A DNA stretch of 12,062 bases from the NCBI RefSeq assembly GCF_006345805.1, contig NW_021826835.1:1-12062 (forward strand). The letters are read 5' to 3'. The stretch is from Octopus sinensis (Eukaryota). The notes under the pieces were generated by a model. That model had not been told where the DNA came from, did no database searches, and saw only the letters and a program-made list of their open reading frames with translations. The translations under genes and the position numbers were made by a program. Shown piece by piece: positions 8,539 to 12,062 of the stretch; positions within the stretch are counted from its first letter, which is position 1, and each line of letters opens with the position of its first letter.

Positions 8539-8693
8539 AGGCACAGAGGTAGGCCGTGTGAGAAGAGGTTTCCTTCCGAAGCACATAGTTCTGGGTTCAG
8601 TTCTGGGCAAGTGTTTTCTGGTACTATAATCCCTGGCAGACCAAAGTTTTCCGAGCCAATTTGATAGGCGGAAACCGAAAGAAGCTCGTCATA
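8539..8693 (+). mobile_element. tRNA-derived SINE (third family), diverged 5' module
   Basis: aggcacagaggtaggccgtgtg...gggttcagttct..gggcaagtgttttct...gaccaaag...ggcggaaaccgaaagaagctcgtcata aligns with the reverse complement of 7741-7906, with a ~15-nt deletion. Confidence 0.8.
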
Positions 8694-8835
8694 TATATAT
8701 ATATATAATATATATAGATAGATAGATAGATAGATATAGATAGATAGATAGATAGATAGATACATACATACATACATACATACATACATACATGTTTATA
8801 TATACATGCATATTAACATGCACACATATATATGC
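8694..8835. repeat. (TA)/(GATA)/(CATA) compound microsatellite
   Basis: Directly visible. Confidence 0.93.
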
Positions 8836-8844
8836 ATGTATTAT

Positions 8845-8910
8845 GATAATAGTGGACAAACACGAAGACTCACACATATGTGTGTGTCTTTGTGTTTGTC
8901 CACTATTATC
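8845..8910. repeat. 66-bp near-perfect palindrome (33-bp arms, no spacer)
   Basis: gataatagtggacaaacacgaagactcacacat / atgtgtgtgtctttgtgtttgtccactattatc: 31 of 33 positions are Watson-Crick, with one G.T (8864/8891) and one T.T (8870/8885). Confidence 0.95.
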
Positions 8911-9070
8911 GCTCGATTACCGGTATTGGTCTATTTACGTCCCTATCATGTGTTATTCTTAGAAAAAAGTCACCACAACTACTGGGCGATTCCTTCGACT
9001 AAATCCCCTTTACGGCGATGCTCCAGCAAGACCGCAGTCCAATGATTTAAACGATCAAAAAATAAAAGAC
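8880..9070 (+). mobile_element. 3' module of the third-family SINE
   Basis: gtgtctttgtgtttgtcc...atttacgtccc...ggcgattccttcgactaaa...ggcgatgctccagcaagaccgcagtccaatga...aaaataaaag matches the downstream module that I recall following the internal microsatellite in this family. Confidence 0.65.
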
Positions 9071-9139
9071 AATATTTTAAAATTCCACATCTTAGCAGTC
9101 ATAGAGGCTTGCATAAACGCTCGATATGTGTGTGCACAC

Positions 9140-9166
9140 ACACACATATATATATCATATACATAT

Positions 9167-9230
<64 letters not shown>

Positions 9231-9573
9231 CTAGATATAGATCATATATATAGATTATATACGTTGATACTTGATAGGTTTCGGCCATTATTGGCCCAGG
9301 CCATGTCTAACTTATAGCACCACCTGGTATATAGATTATATATATAGATTATATATATAATAAACATAGGATTATATATATATAATATATACTATATATA
9401 TAATAATACTCTAGTATATTATATAATATATATATATATATATATATAATATATATATATATACAGATTATATATATATATATAAGATGATATATGCATA
9501 TATACATATATATACATATATAGATATACATATATATAGATAGATATAGATATATATATATCTATATATATAG

Positions 9574-9639
<66 letters not shown>

Positions 9640-9652
9640 TATCTATATATAT

Positions 9653-9713
<61 letters not shown>

Positions 9714-9750
9714 ATAGTATATATATATACTATATGATTATATATATATT
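9140..9750. repeat. Large (TA)n-rich degenerate microsatellite/minisatellite with a 66-bp GC-richer island (9262-9327)
   Basis: Directly visible. Confidence 0.95.
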
Positions 9751-10334
9751 AACTAGTACGTGTGTCTGTTGCCATCAGAAACTGATATGTCAATGGCGAA
9801 TTTTTAACTTTAGCTACACGCAATTTCCTCCGATAAAATTACAAATAACGAGATTCTAAAATTACAAGGGCAACATGTGTTTTAATTAGTTTTGTTGTCA
9901 AATTGTTTGTTAATGTTAGTCAAATATTTTTCCGCCGCAAGAATCTGCGATAAAACCGATAACGATATCCAACACTGGAAGAGAAAGACGCCATATTGAA
10001 AAGAAGAAAAATACATGTAAACAACGCAAAACAAAGAAAATTTTGATAAAAACACGAATAAATAATGAAAGAAAAATACTTATTAAAAATTAGGAACAAA
10101 AAAAAATGATGTTCTTCTTTTAATAAATCTCATTTTGAAATTCTTTATTTATGTATTAAAGTTTTGTTGATCTCATTAAATTCAAAGAATATCGTTTTGC
10201 TGTTAGTGTCAACGTCTGCCGAACGGATGTGATTAGATCGGTCTTGAATATATGCAAATTGTGGAAAAGACATAATCACATTGCGACTCACTCTCAGATA
10301 TCTGTAGATTTTTAAATTGAAAAGATGACGGCGG

Positions 10335-10335
10335 C

Positions 10336-10368
<33 letters not shown>

Positions 10369-10528
10369 ATTGATGTTGATGATGATGATGTTGATGATGA
10401 TGTTGATGATGATGTTAATGATGATGATGATGGTGATGATGATGATGATGATGATGATGATGGTGATGTTGTTGATGATGATGATGTTGATGATGATGGT
10501 AATGATATTGATGATGATGATGGTGATA

Positions 10529-10569
<41 letters not shown>

Positions 10570-10945
10570 AATTATGATGATATTGATGATGGGTGGTGAT
10601 GATGATGATGATGATGAAGATGATGATGATGATGACGATGATGATGATAATGATGATCACCATGACGATGCTGTTGCTGCTGATGATGACGATGATAATG
10701 GTGAGGAGGATGAGGAGAGGGAGAAGGAAGAGGATATAAAAGAAGGAGGGGGAAGAGAAAAAGAGGAGGAGAAAGAAGCGGAGGAGGACAAACGAGAGGA
10801 GGAGAAAGAAAGGAAGGAGGAGGAGGGGAAGTATAGGACAATAATGTCGATGACGACGACAATGACGACGATGATGATGATGATGATGAGGAGGAGGAGG
10901 AGGATGAAGATGATAACGATGCTGCTGCTGCTGATGATGATGTTC
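10335..10945. repeat. (GAT)n microsatellite with an internal purine-rich (GAG/GAA) tract at ~10700-10830
   Basis: Directly visible; source of the poly-M, poly-D/E and poly-H ORFs. Confidence 0.96.
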
Positions 10946-11022
10946 TTGATTGGTGTTTTGAACAGTATTTATTGGTCGTGTTGACGACGATGGTGTTATT
11001 GAGGATCGTAATTCAGCTCCTG

Positions 11023-11025
<3 letters not shown>

Positions 11026-11081
<56 letters not shown>

Positions 11082-11104
11082 TAATAATAATAATGATAAT
11101 AATA

Positions 11105-11186
<82 letters not shown>
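11026..11186. repeat. (AAT)n microsatellite
   Basis: Directly visible. Confidence 0.97.
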
Positions 11187-11284
11187 GCTACGGCCAGTCA
11201 TATTGCAATTTGAGAAACTTTTCATTTTGCTTAAACTATAACATTTAATATTACTTTCCAACCCCCACACAAAACCATATTAAT

Positions 11285-11420
11285 ACACATGCACATACAC
11301 AAATATATATATACAAACACACATATACACTCACATACGAAATATATGTGTTTGTATGTATGTGAGTGTACGAGTGTGCATGTGTGTGTGTGTGTGTGTG
11401 GTGTGTGTGTATGTGTGTGT
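11285..11420. repeat. (CA)/(TA)/(TG) compound microsatellite
   Basis: Directly visible. Confidence 0.9.
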
Positions 11421-12062
11421 GTTACAACCTTGAGCAAAACTGCATTGGAATATCTCCCCTCGTTGAATATGTACTGTAACTGAATAAACTAAATGCATAT
11501 AAACGATACATCAAAGAACATTTTGACAATTTATGCAGCAGAAACACGTGTCGGATTTGAAATTAACGAGAATAATACTGTAATCAATAAATTTGCAAGA
11601 TTTATAATCCTCCATTCTTCCGTATGATGTTTAGATTTTATATATATATATATACATAAATATATATATACACCAATAAAGATAACACAAAATGAGTAAT
11701 ACATTCATTAAAAACAGAGTAGGATTAACCATTAATTTACCTAGATCCATTATAAATAATCTCAATTGCCTATTCATAAAAGCATCGATGTTATAATTAA
11801 AGAAACTAAATTGGAGAGCCATGCAATATGACCATCAGATTCTTCTATATGTGAATTCATTATTTGATGTTTATTACATGTAAAAATATACTTCAAATAT
11901 ATCTAGATTTGAATTAATATAAGCATATCGGGAGGTTATAGCGTTAAATGTTATTATTTTGGATATGTCAAAATGGCGGTTAGATTCTGCTTTTGATCGC
12001 TTTCTTTTTAATTGCGATTTTCGAACGTCAGAGGATTTGTCATCTTACAGTGACTATCTACA

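Noticed and set aside
9128-9154. Palindrome atatgtgtgtgcacacacacacatat and other TG/CA or TA palindromes
   Set aside because: Trivial consequence of dinucleotide microsatellites.
10253-10260. Octamer ATGCAAAT as an snRNA distal element
   Set aside because: Single 8-mer in AT-rich DNA; no snRNA gene recognised nearby.
10325-10984. 219-aa poly-M/D/E ORF and antisense poly-H/I ORFs
   Set aside because: Pure translation of (GAT)n and (GAG)n microsatellites; no complex sequence or splice context.

Overview
AT-rich, microsatellite-dense eukaryotic non-coding DNA, most likely intronic sequence of an octopod cephalopod. The taxon is inferred from recognisable Octopus-type tRNA-derived SINE families and the repeat landscape; no database search was run. 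None of the ORFs in the supplied track is credible: they are microsatellite read-throughs or chance ORFs in repeats. Supported content: (i) about 9 SINE copies or fragments from at least 3 families; (ii) an ~820-bp foldback/MITE-like inverted-repeat element (2950-3770); (iii) short elements wedged between (TA)n tracts, two of which carry near-complete minimal type-I hammerhead ribozyme motifs of the Penelope-like-element kind (6020-6055 and 7524-7558, minus strand), with more degenerate relatives nearby; (iv) two small candidate + strand exons (1895-1952, 8111-8188) with good splice signals that join in frame; (v) a near-perfect 66-bp hairpin (8845-8910), an old ~294-bp-period duplication at the window start, and a probable LINE 3' end inserted in (TAA)n.
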